Virus record (IMG/VR): IMGVR_UViG_3300032135_000291
Coordinates: 10,916-74,915 of that record
Length of the DNA: 64,000 nt
Direction: 5' to 3' (one strand)
Source: a virus
Taxonomy: Duplodnaviria > Caudoviricetes
The translations under genes were made by a program, and so were the position numbers. The notes under the pieces are model-generated. The model worked only from the letters and a program-made list of their open reading frames with translations. It made no database searches and was not told the origin of the DNA. Of the stretch, positions 45,766 through 55,031 are shown one piece after another (the first letter of the stretch is position 1; every line of letters begins with the position of its first letter).

Positions 45766-45853
45766 GTCCGTCTGGCGGAATGGCAGACGCGCCGGCTCGA
45801 GGTGTCGGTGCCCCACGAAACGGGGCGTGAGGGTTCGAGTCCCTTGACGGACA
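45766..45853 (+). tRNA. tRNA-Leu(GAG), C33
   Basis: Loop TC-GAG-GT; long variable arm. Confidence 0.88.
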
Positions 45854-45881
45854 CAACGCGGTCGCAGAACGGCCGCAGTAA

Positions 45882-45958
45882 GCCCACCTAGCCCAATTGG
45901 CAGAGGCGTACGGCTCAAACCCGTACCAGTGAGGGTTCGAGTCCCTCGGTGGGCACCA
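45882..45958 (+). tRNA. tRNA-Leu(CAA), short variable arm
   Basis: Loop CT-CAA-AC; CCA encoded. Confidence 0.88.
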
Positions 45959-45984
45959 CCCGGTCGCTGCGGCGGACTGGGAGT

Positions 45985-46060
45985 GCCGCACAAGCACATG
46001 TGGACGTGCGCCCGCCCCGTAAGCGGGAGGCAGCGAGTTCAAGGCTCGCGTGCGGCTCCA
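45985..46060 (+). tRNA. tRNA-Thr(CGT), C33
   Basis: Acceptor GCCGCAC/GTGCGGC; loop CC-CGT-AA; T-loop TTCAAGG; CCA encoded. Confidence 0.82.
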
Positions 46061-46089
46061 AGCGCCCCTCATTGGGGGCGTCAAGAATT

Positions 46090-46165
46090 GCCCTCGTAAC
46101 TCAGCGGATAGAGTGCTGGCTTCCGGTGCCAGACGTCGCAGGTTCGAATCCTGTCGCGGGCGCCA
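46090..46165 (+). tRNA. tRNA-Arg(CCG)
   Basis: Loop TT-CCG-GT; CCA encoded. Confidence 0.9.
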
Positions 46166-46238
46166 GCGGGCGGACAAACGCACCACATGGGCGGCGCGTG
46201 GATACCCTGGCGGAGAGAACATCCGAGGAGGCTGCCCC

Positions 46239-46814
46239 GTGCCCGCAGAGTGCCGAGTGAAACACGTCCCAGGCTCGCAGTCAGAGAGCCTGTGCCGGAC
46301 GCACGGCGCGCGCGGCCGCGGACGTGGCTTCCGCCCTCCGGCACCCACACAGGAGACGGTGCAACGCGGATCCGTGGAGATGCCGGCCTGCGACGGGGAC
46401 TCCTCCGAGCAGCGGGCCGAGATGCTTGCCGCGAACGGACCGATCGACACCCTTGCGGCGCAGCAGGGGCTGCTTCCGCTGAATGACCGCGGCGTCTCGC
46501 TGCGCAAGGCGGCCACCGGTAAATGGCTCGTCCGCCTGACAATGCTCGAAGGCGAACCCGAGGCGGGGGAGTACGGGTTCGGGCGCACGCCCGAGGAGGC
46601 CTTCTACGCGGCGCTGACCGACTACACCGACGCTCCCGACGGCGCGGACGTCCTGATCAGCCGGGATCCAGAGAACTCGCTCGTATCAGCGTCGGACGTC
46701 AGCGCGGTGTACGTGCTCGACCTGCATGACGAACGCGACTCCGAAGCGGCCAGGCCCAGCGACGATTCGGCCCGTGCATGGCTCTGTCGTCCTGATGGAG
46801 TGTTCTCCCTCTAA
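46239..46814 (+). CDS. Cys/His-tag family protein
   Basis: GTG start with SD gaggagg; CRVKHVPGSQSESLCRTH; GGATAC motif upstream. Confidence 0.65.
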   Translation: MPAECRVKHVPGSQSESLCRTHGARGRGRGFRPPAPTQETVQRGSVEMPACDGDSSEQRAEMLAANGPIDTLAAQQGLLPLNDRGVSLRKAATGKWLVRLTMLEGEPEAGEYGFGRTPEEAFYAALTDYTDAPDGADVLISRDPENSLVSASDVSAVYVLDLHDERDSEAARPSDDSARAWLCRPDGVFSL

Positions 46815-46830
46815 CTTCTGTCCCACTCAT

Positions 46831-46902
46831 GGTGCCGTGGCTGAATTGGCTAGGCGCCGGACTGCAAATCCGGTCATACGGGTTCGAACCCCGTCGACAC
46901 CT
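46831..46902 (+). tRNA. tRNA-Cys(GCA)
   Basis: Loop CT-GCA-AA; U73. Confidence 0.9.
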
Positions 46903-46908
46903 CGCGAA

Positions 46909-46981
46909 GCCCCCATCGTCTAGTGGCCTAGGACGCCGCCCTTTCACGGCGGTAGCACGGGTTCGAATCCCGTTGGGGGTA
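46909..46981 (+). tRNA. tRNA-Glu(TTC)
   Basis: Loop CT-TTC-AC. Confidence 0.93.
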
Positions 46982-47028
46982 CTTCTCTACCGCATTCCTA
47001 CAAGGCGTGGTAGACTTCTCCCGTACAA

Positions 47029-47425
47029 GGGGGCGAAATGGCATCGACAGTGCCGAGCAGCCTATTGCATCGAGCCGAGGAACTGGCTACCCACACCTCG
47101 TAAATCATGGGGCGGCCAAGCGAACCGTCGCGTAGATATCGCTCCGTCACCAGCGTGTGACGGGCGGCTCTGAGTGGGACCACCCTGGCCACACAGAATG
47201 CCGTTCGAGACCAGGGTGCGGCCGCTGCGGGTTTCCGCGACGTAGCGGGAGGACAACGGCGGAAACCGAGGCTCAACACCCGGGGTCACACTCGGGTCTC
47301 ACTGCCTCAGCGCTTCGGCGTGAAGGTGAGTGGTGGCGGACGCGACCAGGATGCGTACGAAACGCTCGTAGACGTGTAGTGGGATGGCGAAGTTCTGGAT
47401 CGGAGTTCGACTCTCCGCGCCTCCA
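47029..47425 (+). ncRNA. ssrA: tmRNA
   Basis: 5' GGGGGCG..TCGAC; 3' T-arm CGGAG-TTCGACT-CTCCG then CGCCTCC-A; 7-bp acceptor with G3:U70; about 400 nt. Confidence 0.85.
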
Positions 47426-47462
47426 CAAAACGGATTACTCACGTAGTCCCGTGTTCCAGTTT

Positions 47463-47509
47463 GGTGCCCACTTGCATCGCCGAGAGGCGACGTGTGTGGG
47501 CACCTTTTT
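47463..47509 (+). terminator. Intrinsic-terminator-like hairpin inside array
   Basis: ggtgcccac..gtgggcacc followed by ttttt. Confidence 0.55.
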
Positions 47510-47582
47510 GCCGGTGAAGCACAATTGGCCGTGCGCTCGACCTGTAATCGAGAGGCAGAGGGTTCGACCCCCTCCACCGGCT
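47510..47582 (+). tRNA. tRNA-Thr(TGT), C33
   Basis: Loop CC-TGT-AA. Confidence 0.85.
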
Positions 47583-47614
47583 CCTAGCCCCCGCGGGCCG
47601 CCCCACGCTCACTC

Positions 47615-47687
47615 GCCCTCGTGGCTCAGCGGATAGAGCAGCGGATTTCTACCCCGAAGGTCGCAGGTTCGAATCCTGCCGAGGGCA
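47615..47687 (+). tRNA. tRNA-Arg(TCT), weak anticodon stem
   Basis: Loop TT-TCT-AC; only 3 clean anticodon-stem pairs. Confidence 0.75.
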
Positions 47688-47777
47688 CACATCACGCCAA
47701 CGCCGCGATCGGCCATTCCGTCGCGCGCGCACAAAGCATGGCGCAAGCATCAACAACTCGAAGGGAGGTGCAAGGCC

Positions 47778-48374
47778 ATGACCGCAGTATTCACGCTCGA
47801 GACCCGAGCAACAATCAACCAGCAGGACAGCATTCGTCGCGCAATGACACTCGTGGTCGGCGTTGACGGCCGCGTCTTGCACTTCGTCGAGTGGAAGCGT
47901 GCGATCTCGATGGTGACGGCCAGGCAGGCGTACGTCATCGATACCGTCAAGAGGCGGACAGACACCGGGGAGTTGGAAGACGCCCTCGTGCGGTCGCCCT
48001 CTGTGCGGATCCCCTTGCCGCTGATCGTGGGACTGCTGCCGCACGTGAGCGTCCCGGCCATCGCGTTCGTTCAGGCCAAGTCTGAGAAGGCGGGCCGAAT
48101 CGCGATCCTTCGGCGAGACAAGAAGGTGTGCACGTACTGCGGGGAGCGGGGTCTGACCATCGACCACATCTTCCCCAAGTCGCGTGGCGGCCGCAGCACG
48201 TGGCAGAACCTCGTGGCCGCGTGCGGTGAGTGCAACAACCGCAAGGCGGACCGCACCCCGGAAGAGGCCGGCCTGGTCATGCTGTTCGACCCTCGCGTGT
48301 TCGAGGGCGGGATGGCCGACCTGCAGGCCGAGGTGTGGCGCCACATGGACGCCGCTTGCGGCGTTGTTGCCTGA
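47778..48374 (+). CDS. HNH endonuclease (McrA/HNH_5-like)
   Basis: RRD..CTYCG..TIDHIFPKSRGG..NLVAACGECNNRK. Confidence 0.9.
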   Translation: MTAVFTLETRATINQQDSIRRAMTLVVGVDGRVLHFVEWKRAISMVTARQAYVIDTVKRRTDTGELEDALVRSPSVRIPLPLIVGLLPHVSVPAIAFVQAKSEKAGRIAILRRDKKVCTYCGERGLTIDHIFPKSRGGRSTWQNLVAACGECNNRKADRTPEEAGLVMLFDPRVFEGGMADLQAEVWRHMDAACGVVA

Positions 48375-48506
48375 CAGAACACTCGTCCACCGTGGCAGCA
48401 GAGGCTCGGTATCCGTACGTGGTGTCGGGCCTCTGCTGCGTCTTGGCCCAGGTGTTGCCTGAAAAGTGGGGTAGTCTTTGCATAGCCCACCACACTCCAT
48501 CGGAGG

Positions 48507-49301
48507 ATGACAATGACCGTCGTAGACCTCGACAGGACTCAGGCCTACATCCACCCCCACCATGGGGTGGCTTTGCTTGACGGTCCGACTGTCGAGCGGA
48601 GCGTCAAGGGACAACAGGTGCTCATGCAGCCGCTCGCCGCGGCGCAAGCACAGTCGTGGGCGGCGCTCCTCGGTTTGCCGGGCGGGGCGATCTTGGCAAA
48701 CGCCGAGGTGCACTCGCTCGTACCCGTCTCCTTGCTCGACTCAGAGGCATGCTCCTGGGCGCGGTGCCCGCGCGTGGCGCTGGAAGACATCGTCCATCAC
48801 CTGGACGTGGAGCCCGTGGACATGTGGATCGACCAGATCGACGCGCCGGCCCCGGCGAAGATGCTCAACGTTTGTCAGTCCCAAATGGTGATGGTCGGCA
48901 GGGGCGACGACTCGACGGCCGAACTCTCCGAGTTGGTGCGCCAGGTCGCCGACTACTTGACGATGTGGCACCTCGTGGGGCTGTACGGGGTCCTTGATCA
49001 CGTTGTGGTCAGGAGAGGCCTCGCAGAGACCTTCGAGGAAGCCTTCACTCATGGCGGGCCATTTTGGAGCAGGTGCATCGCCCAGACGTACACGATGCGT
49101 GTCTCTGGCCGCGACCTGATTGCGCTGCTCGGACGCGTCGTCTCGGTGATTGCGCTCAGCAGCGACCTGCGGCCCGAGCAGGTCGCTTCGACGCTCGAAC
49201 TCGCCATCTCGAACCGGGTGCGGGCTCGCATCCTGGAACTTCGCGACCATGCGGCTGGGTGCCGCGCCAGCGTAGCAAATGTCGATCCAACCAAGTGGTA
49301 G
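48507..49301 (+). CDS. Hypothetical protein
   Basis: SD ggagga; long ORF. Confidence 0.55.
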   Translation: MTMTVVDLDRTQAYIHPHHGVALLDGPTVERSVKGQQVLMQPLAAAQAQSWAALLGLPGGAILANAEVHSLVPVSLLDSEACSWARCPRVALEDIVHHLDVEPVDMWIDQIDAPAPAKMLNVCQSQMVMVGRGDDSTAELSELVRQVADYLTMWHLVGLYGVLDHVVVRRGLAETFEEAFTHGGPFWSRCIAQTYTMRVSGRDLIALLGRVVSVIALSSDLRPEQVASTLELAISNRVRARILELRDHAAGCRASVANVDPTKW

Positions 49302-49333
49302 TTTTGTCCTGATATTCTGAAAGGAAGTGCACC

Positions 49334-49594
49334 ATGTCCGAGAGCCCATTCAGTGGAATCGGCGAGACCGCAAGTTCCACCCCTGACCAGCCCGCACAGG
49401 CCCCGAAGAGCAATGTTCGCGCGCACCTGAGGGCGATCGTCGGCACGATCCTTGTACTCGTCGGCTTCGCCTGGAAGTTCTTCGCCGGTAGCGCCTCTGG
49501 CGCCGACAGCAGCACTCTGGTCGACGCCGCATGGCTCGCCCCGATTGTGGTTGGTGGCGCGCTGCTCGTATGGAGCATGAGGCGTCGCACCTAA
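49334..49594 (+). CDS. Small two-TM membrane protein
   Basis: SD aaagga; two hydrophobic segments. Confidence 0.6.
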   Translation: MSESPFSGIGETASSTPDQPAQAPKSNVRAHLRAIVGTILVLVGFAWKFFAGSASGADSSTLVDAAWLAPIVVGGALLVWSMRRRT

Positions 49595-49635
49595 GCGCGG
49601 TCTTCTCGCCCTTTGAGGTGTGGTAGTTTTGACTC

Positions 49636-49950
49636 ATGACTAACGCAACTCTTGGAGAATTTAACGCTACCCTCGGCGAGTTTCTTGCATGGTCCGGTAA
49701 GCCGGCCCGTGAAGGCAGTGCACTTGAACGTGCGGCCATCGCGCTCGTGGAAGAACTCGCAGGGCAGTTCCTGAAAGAACGAAACGACGCGATGATCGCT
49801 CTTGACGCAAATGCACCCTTCGAGCCCTTGCACGTCATTGATGGCGGCCTCACGCAGAAGCGGACCGCCGAAGAGATCCAGTGCATGGCCGACCACCCGA
49901 GTGCCCGCGGGCACGGGGCGCAACGGTTGCAGGCGCTACCAGTTCGGTAG
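49636..49950 (+). CDS. Hypothetical protein (leaderless)
   Basis: GTGTGGTAGTTT motif 6 nt before ATG. Confidence 0.5.
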   Translation: MTNATLGEFNATLGEFLAWSGKPAREGSALERAAIALVEELAGQFLKERNDAMIALDANAPFEPLHVIDGGLTQKRTAEEIQCMADHPSARGHGAQRLQALPVR

Positions 49951-49991
49951 GGCAGGCCCGCGGATACTCTGTAAAGAACAGAGAGGTATTC

Positions 49992-51353
49992 GTGACACGA
50001 AAGCAGAACACGGGCACGCAGGCGGGTCTCCTTGACTGCCCTGCGTGCGGTCGCGCGCACCGCGTTGGGTCCGACAGGTACAAGTTGTGCCAGGCGCGGC
50101 TTCAACCCGGGGGCGGGGCGCACCCTGCCGTTCGCGCGCGTCCCGTCGTTGTTGCTTTCGGGGAACTCTCCCGCACGGGCGAGGGGGAGCGACCAGCGCG
50201 CGAGCCGATGCCTCACCCGGTCTTCTCTGCCCAGGCGCTGCCACGCGACGTCCAGGCGGCCCCGCAGGACTCGCACGAGACCATTCCAACGACGCGTCCC
50301 GAGTCCAAACGGCTCGTTGCCACACTGCGTGCAGCGGCCGCCTCGGCGGTCCGCGAGTGGCGCGCCAAGGGCGCGGAGCCCACCCAGCACATGATGTTCG
50401 ACATGGACGTGTACCGCGACGAGGTCATCGACCTCCTCGATATCCACATAGAGACCACGCGAGACGCCGAGCAAGCGCTGGCCTCGCGCGGGCTCGGATC
50501 CGCCACCGCAGGGTCGAGCGAGCACGCCGAACGGCTGTGCTACCACGCCATCAGGACAGTCAAGGGCCTCGCCATCCACCCGTCTGTCATGGCTCGCATT
50601 CTCGCGAGGGCAGATATTGGCTCCGGCTACGACTCCCGCGACTTCACCAAGTTCGCGATCGGCCTCCGCGCCGTCGCTCACACCAACCCCGCAGTCCGCC
50701 GCGTGCTGTCCAAGCCCACAGAGGACGTCGACCCGAGCGACCTCAACGCCGTCGCGGCGCTCCTGCGCAATTTTGCCGCCACACGCTCCGGGCGCGTGCG
50801 ACTCGACGAGGCGGGCCGCGCGAGAAGCGAAGTGCTTCGCGAGCACCTCGCCGGCTTCGGTCCGGACGCAATCACCGAGGTCAACGAAACGATCGAACGG
50901 ATCCATGCCGCAGCAGCCGCTCACGGGGAGTACTCGCCGCTGTCGGCGTCCGACGACTGTGGCGGGCTACTCGCGCTGCCGTCCGTTGTGGCCGGAGACC
51001 TCCTTGCGCACGGGCTCTCGTATGCCCAGTGGCGCGATCTTGGGTGGTCTCAGTACGCAGGAGACTCGCCCCTCATGCTGCTCGAGCCGGCGCTGGTCGC
51101 AATGCGTCGCGACGGAATGCCTGACGAGATGATCCTCGCGATTCGGCCAGATGTGGGGTCGGACGACACCGAGTATCCGTACTCCGTTTCACGATTCCTG
51201 GCAGGCCCCGGCGCATACGCCGTCGGCGGCCAAAGCGAACGGGGCGTTGAGGCGTTCGGCTCCGACGTCATCACGAACGAGGCGGAACAGATCCGTGAGC
51301 GGTTCGAGCGCGACACCCGCGGACGCAAGACGGACCGGCTTCCCGGCGTCTAA
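49992..51353 (+). CDS. Cys/His-tag family protein
   Basis: GTG start with SD gagagg; CPACGRAHRVGSDRYKLC; GGATAC motif upstream. Confidence 0.65.
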   Translation: MTRKQNTGTQAGLLDCPACGRAHRVGSDRYKLCQARLQPGGGAHPAVRARPVVVAFGELSRTGEGERPAREPMPHPVFSAQALPRDVQAAPQDSHETIPTTRPESKRLVATLRAAAASAVREWRAKGAEPTQHMMFDMDVYRDEVIDLLDIHIETTRDAEQALASRGLGSATAGSSEHAERLCYHAIRTVKGLAIHPSVMARILARADIGSGYDSRDFTKFAIGLRAVAHTNPAVRRVLSKPTEDVDPSDLNAVAALLRNFAATRSGRVRLDEAGRARSEVLREHLAGFGPDAITEVNETIERIHAAAAAHGEYSPLSASDDCGGLLALPSVVAGDLLAHGLSYAQWRDLGWSQYAGDSPLMLLEPALVAMRRDGMPDEMILAIRPDVGSDDTEYPYSVSRFLAGPGAYAVGGQSERGVEAFGSDVITNEAEQIRERFERDTRGRKTDRLPGV

Positions 51354-53155
51354 GCCTCGATCGAGTCGAGTTCCCGAGCGACATCGAGCAGCAGCGTCAG
51401 GTACGCGGGCTCATCCTCGGTCTTGACTCCGCTGGATGCCAGCGACCGAACAGCCCTCACGCGCGTCAGGATGGACGCAGGAGCGTCTCTGGCGGACCGT
51501 GCGGCCTCTGCCAGCACCACGCGCCCCAGGCCCCGCAGAATGGGCTCTATGGACTCGACCGTGTCGTCCTGGGACATGCATGAGGAGACCGCTTCGACGA
51601 CCTCGGTGTCGTAGTGCTCGGCGTGCGGGAAGAGCGTGTACCCGATGGCCGCCACGTCAACGAGGCCCTTCGTGGGCAGCCAGCGCTTGGCAAAGCCCTG
51701 CGACTGGTCGTCCCAGCCACCGAACGTCGAGGCGATCGCCAGCAACTCGCGCGGTGGCACCTGCAACATGCGTGCGACGAGATGCCTCACGGAGGGGGAG
51801 AGGTCGACCCGCAGAGCATTGGACCGTGCGCGGCCGCCCTTGGCGAGCGTCTGGCGGCGCACAGTCTCACCGTACTCGCCCACACTCACCTTCCTGAACT
51901 TGGATGCTGCGCGAAGCAGCGCGTCCGAGTGGTCGGGGGTCCGAGCGGCTTGGATGAGCGCGGCGATGGCGGTGTCGAACTCTGTGTCGTCCTTGACGAC
52001 TGCCTTCACGGCAGACAGGCAGGCTTCGGTGAGTGGCCGCTGGTGGGCCTCGTCGATGTCTGCGGCTAGGGAGCCCTTGGTGTAGCGGTCCCAGGGGTCC
52101 TTGCCCTCGGTGGGGTCCAGCAGGATGCCGAAGCCGCGGGCGCCAAGCGCCTCCGCGGCCCAGGACAGGCGAGACGTGGCAGCGAGTCCCGCGTCGTCAC
52201 CGTCCATCACGAATACGACCCGAGCCTCGGGGGCTCCGGTCTCCTGGATCAGTTCAATGTGGCTGTGGGTGATGGACGTGCCGCAGGAGGCGACGCCGGC
52301 AATCGTGGGGTCGTTCAGTGCGTTCACGGCCAGCGCGTCCATGTAGCCCTCGCATACGATGATGCGTTCGACCTTGTCGGAAATGAACTCCGCGCCGTAG
52401 AGGACGTGTGACTTGTCGTAGATGTCGGTCTGCACGGTGTTGATGAACTTGTTCTCTTCGTGGCGCGTCACTCCCGGCACAACGCGTCCGCCGAAGCCAA
52501 CCACGCGGTTGCTGGCGTCCCGAATTGGGAAGATCACGCGTCCGGCGAAGGGGCAGTAGATGTTGCCCGCCGACGACTTCTTGAGGATTCCGCACTGCAA
52601 CAGCGCGTTAGTGGTGCCCAGGTGCTCTTCGAGCAGTCCTCGGAGTGAAGGCCTATCGGGGACGAAGCCGATCTGGCCGAGTTCGATCTCGTCGTCCGTG
52701 AGTCCGCGCTCGGTGGTCAGCCAGTCCCACGCCTTGTCGATCGTTTCGGGATCGTCGAGCACCGACTTGTTGGAGACGAGCGCCTTGGCGAACATCTGGG
52801 CTGCCTTCGCCATGATGTCGTACATGCTGCGGCGGTCGATCGACCGCTCGCGCTCCGGGAGTTTGACGCCCGCCGTTGCGGCCAGCGCGACGAGTGCGTC
52901 CTTCTTGCTGGTCGAGTTGTTCTTCGCCAGCCACAGCGTGACGATGTCGCCGCCGGACGCGCACTCCGAGTGGCAGAACCAGATACCGCGGTTGTCATCG
53001 ATATGAAAGTTGGGCTTCTCGCCCCCGTGGATCGGGCACGCCGTAGCGAACTTGCCCGATCCACGGGAGTGAAGGACCGACCCATAGGTGCTCTCAACGT
53101 AGGACGAGAGGGAAAGTGCCTCGCGAACCAGCGTGAACGAGTCGACCGCTTCCAT
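51350..53155 (-). CDS. dnaG: DNA primase DnaG
   Basis: CPIH..CHSEC zinc finger, FAGRVIFPI, TOPRIM VCEGYMDA and MDGDDAG. Confidence 0.92.
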   Translation of the reverse strand: MEAVDSFTLVREALSLSSYVESTYGSVLHSRGSGKFATACPIHGGEKPNFHIDDNRGIWFCHSECASGGDIVTLWLAKNNSTSKKDALVALAATAGVKLPERERSIDRRSMYDIMAKAAQMFAKALVSNKSVLDDPETIDKAWDWLTTERGLTDDEIELGQIGFVPDRPSLRGLLEEHLGTTNALLQCGILKKSSAGNIYCPFAGRVIFPIRDASNRVVGFGGRVVPGVTRHEENKFINTVQTDIYDKSHVLYGAEFISDKVERIIVCEGYMDALAVNALNDPTIAGVASCGTSITHSHIELIQETGAPEARVVFVMDGDDAGLAATSRLSWAAEALGARGFGILLDPTEGKDPWDRYTKGSLAADIDEAHQRPLTEACLSAVKAVVKDDTEFDTAIAALIQAARTPDHSDALLRAASKFRKVSVGEYGETVRRQTLAKGGRARSNALRVDLSPSVRHLVARMLQVPPRELLAIASTFGGWDDQSQGFAKRWLPTKGLVDVAAIGYTLFPHAEHYDTEVVEAVSSCMSQDDTVESIEPILRGLGRVVLAEAARSARDAPASILTRVRAVRSLASSGVKTEDEPAYLTLLLDVARELDSIEA

Positions 53156-53172
53156 GATGTGCGTGCCCTCTC

Positions 53173-54642
53173 CTAGCGGTCGAACTCGGACATGTCGTTC
53201 TCGTCCTCGTCGCCCCTGTCGTCCGTGACGGGGGCGGAGGGCTTGGCGGGCGCCTCGTCCTCCGCCGCGGCCGCTTCTGCGGCATTGGATGCTGCGGAGG
53301 CGAACGCGGCTGCCTCGGCGGCCTCGGTATCCTTGTCCGCCGCACGTGCCGCGTCGATCGCTTCAGCGCTCAGTCCGTCTTCGGCGTCCGCATCGAACTC
53401 ACGGACGCGCTCGGCCAGGCGTGCTGCGAAGGGATCTTCCTCGTACTCCTGCTCGTCGACGAGGGTCTGCATGACCTTCTTGCGCAGAGCGTCGACGAGG
53501 CTGGGGGCCATTGCGAGCACCTCCAACATTTGGGAGGCACGGAAAGTCGAGATGGGGTGTTCGGTCGTCAAGTACGGACCCGACTTCTTGGTGCCAGGCA
53601 ACTCAGCGTTGGCCTTGTCGGCGCGCTTGATGTCCGCAGCGACAGCCACTTCGAGTGCGTCGTCAAGAACGATCGTGAAGTAGCCCTTGCGATCAGCCAA
53701 CTCCCCGTCGGAGAACACCACGTTCTCCTCGATGACGCCACGCTCGACACTGCGCTCGAAGACGTCCTGCACCGGGTCGACGGGCTTGCCGCCGGGAGGC
53801 AAGAGCGCGAGGCCCTTACGTCCGGGAGACGAGACCTTGTTCTTGTCGATCGTGAAGAAGATCTGTTGACCGAGGATGCCGTCCAGGGAGTCCTTATCGG
53901 TGGGCTTGATCTTCTTGCCGCGCATCATGACTCGCAGCGATGCCGCGAACTTGATGGCCTTTCCGCCCGGCGTGCTCGGCGGCGAGTAGATGTCCATGCT
54001 TGCACGCATCTGGTTGATCAGGATCAGGGTGGCGTCATTGCGTCGCAGCGTCGTCATTACCTTCGGCATCTGCTGTGACCACAGGCTTGCTGCCTGGGCG
54101 CGGGTGCGCTGTTCGGCACTCGCTTCCATCATGACCTCGGGCGCGAGTGCGGCCACCGAGTCGAGCATGATGAGCGCCTTTAGCCCCTGCTCCTTCGCCG
54201 TCTTTGCTGCGTCCTCCACGAAATCCAGTGCGGACTCCATGTTGTTGGGGGAGAAGACCGCCAGGCTGGCGAGGTCGATGCCGATGTTGCGCATGTAGCG
54301 ACGGTCAATGGAGCCCTCTGACTCGATCATGACCGGCAGGAAGCCCAACTTCTGAGCCTGGGCGGTCAAGTGATATACCAGGGTCGACTTGCCGCACGAC
54401 TCCATGCCGTACAACTCGACGATGCGTCCCACGGGGAACCCGCCGACGCCCGTCGCGATGTCGAGGCCGAGCATCCCGGTGGGAATGACCTCGATGTGCA
54501 AGTTGGTCAGGTCCTCGATGATGCCGCGCTTGGCATCCGGCGTGACCGCCGAGAGGAACTTTTGGAACGCTTGGGGGTCGATGGCAACCTCGGGCTTGGC
54601 GATCTTCTTAGCGCGAGGCTTCCTAACGGTGGCAGTTGCCAT
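53173..54642 (-). CDS. recA: RecA recombinase, divergent, with acidic C-terminal extension
   Basis: GFPVGRIVELYGMESCGKST, LDSVAAL, LILINQMR, TPGGKAIKFAASLR, KNKV. Confidence 0.92.
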   Translation of the reverse strand: MATATVRKPRAKKIAKPEVAIDPQAFQKFLSAVTPDAKRGIIEDLTNLHIEVIPTGMLGLDIATGVGGFPVGRIVELYGMESCGKSTLVYHLTAQAQKLGFLPVMIESEGSIDRRYMRNIGIDLASLAVFSPNNMESALDFVEDAAKTAKEQGLKALIMLDSVAALAPEVMMEASAEQRTRAQAASLWSQQMPKVMTTLRRNDATLILINQMRASMDIYSPPSTPGGKAIKFAASLRVMMRGKKIKPTDKDSLDGILGQQIFFTIDKNKVSSPGRKGLALLPPGGKPVDPVQDVFERSVERGVIEENVVFSDGELADRKGYFTIVLDDALEVAVAADIKRADKANAELPGTKKSGPYLTTEHPISTFRASQMLEVLAMAPSLVDALRKKVMQTLVDEQEYEEDPFAARLAERVREFDADAEDGLSAEAIDAARAADKDTEAAEAAAFASAASNAAEAAAAEDEAPAKPSAPVTDDRGDEDENDMSEFDR

Positions 54643-54644
54643 GG

Positions 54645-55031
54645 CTAGACGTCCTTTTCTGTGTATGTGTTTTCTGTTGAAATTTCTGTTGTTGCGAATG
54701 CCGATTCGGGGGGCATACAGAAGCGGAGGCCGATGGTCTCGCTGTACTCCTCGAAGGCGCTGTGAAGCGCGGGCGGCAGTGCAAGGTTGAGGATGTGCTG
54801 GATGGACGCGATGGTCGTGGCGCCCGTGGCGGACCGTGCCGCCTCCGTGGTGCGCCAGTCGCCGAGTGCCACTGCCAGCGACTCCATGAGTCCGTCAGAG
54901 AGCGTCGCGAACGACTTCACTTCGTGCCCAAGGATGTGGCTCGCCAGCATGAGTCGGTCGTCGCGAGCACCGAGTCCGGCTTCTTCGAGAATGGCGAACA
55001 CCATGCGTCGGCTCTCTGCGCGCTTCCTCAT
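54645..55031 (-). CDS. Hypothetical protein
   Basis: ATGA coupling with upstream gene; start MRKRAES corrected from ORF track. Confidence 0.5.
   Translation of the reverse strand: MRKRAESRRMVFAILEEAGLGARDDRLMLASHILGHEVKSFATLSDGLMESLAVALGDWRTTEAARSATGATTIASIQHILNLALPPALHSAFEEYSETIGLRFCMPPESAFATTEISTENTYTEKDV

Noticed and set aside
39000-47700. Many 60-300 aa ORFs in the track overlapping the tRNA array
   Set aside because: They are shadows of tRNA genes on either strand with no SD or protein-like composition; only 40763, 43977, 44809 and 46239 are kept.
24530-54642. Inteins in GyrA, DnaB or RecA
   Set aside because: Core motifs are contiguous at normal spacing; no C..HN(S/T/C) splice junctions seen.
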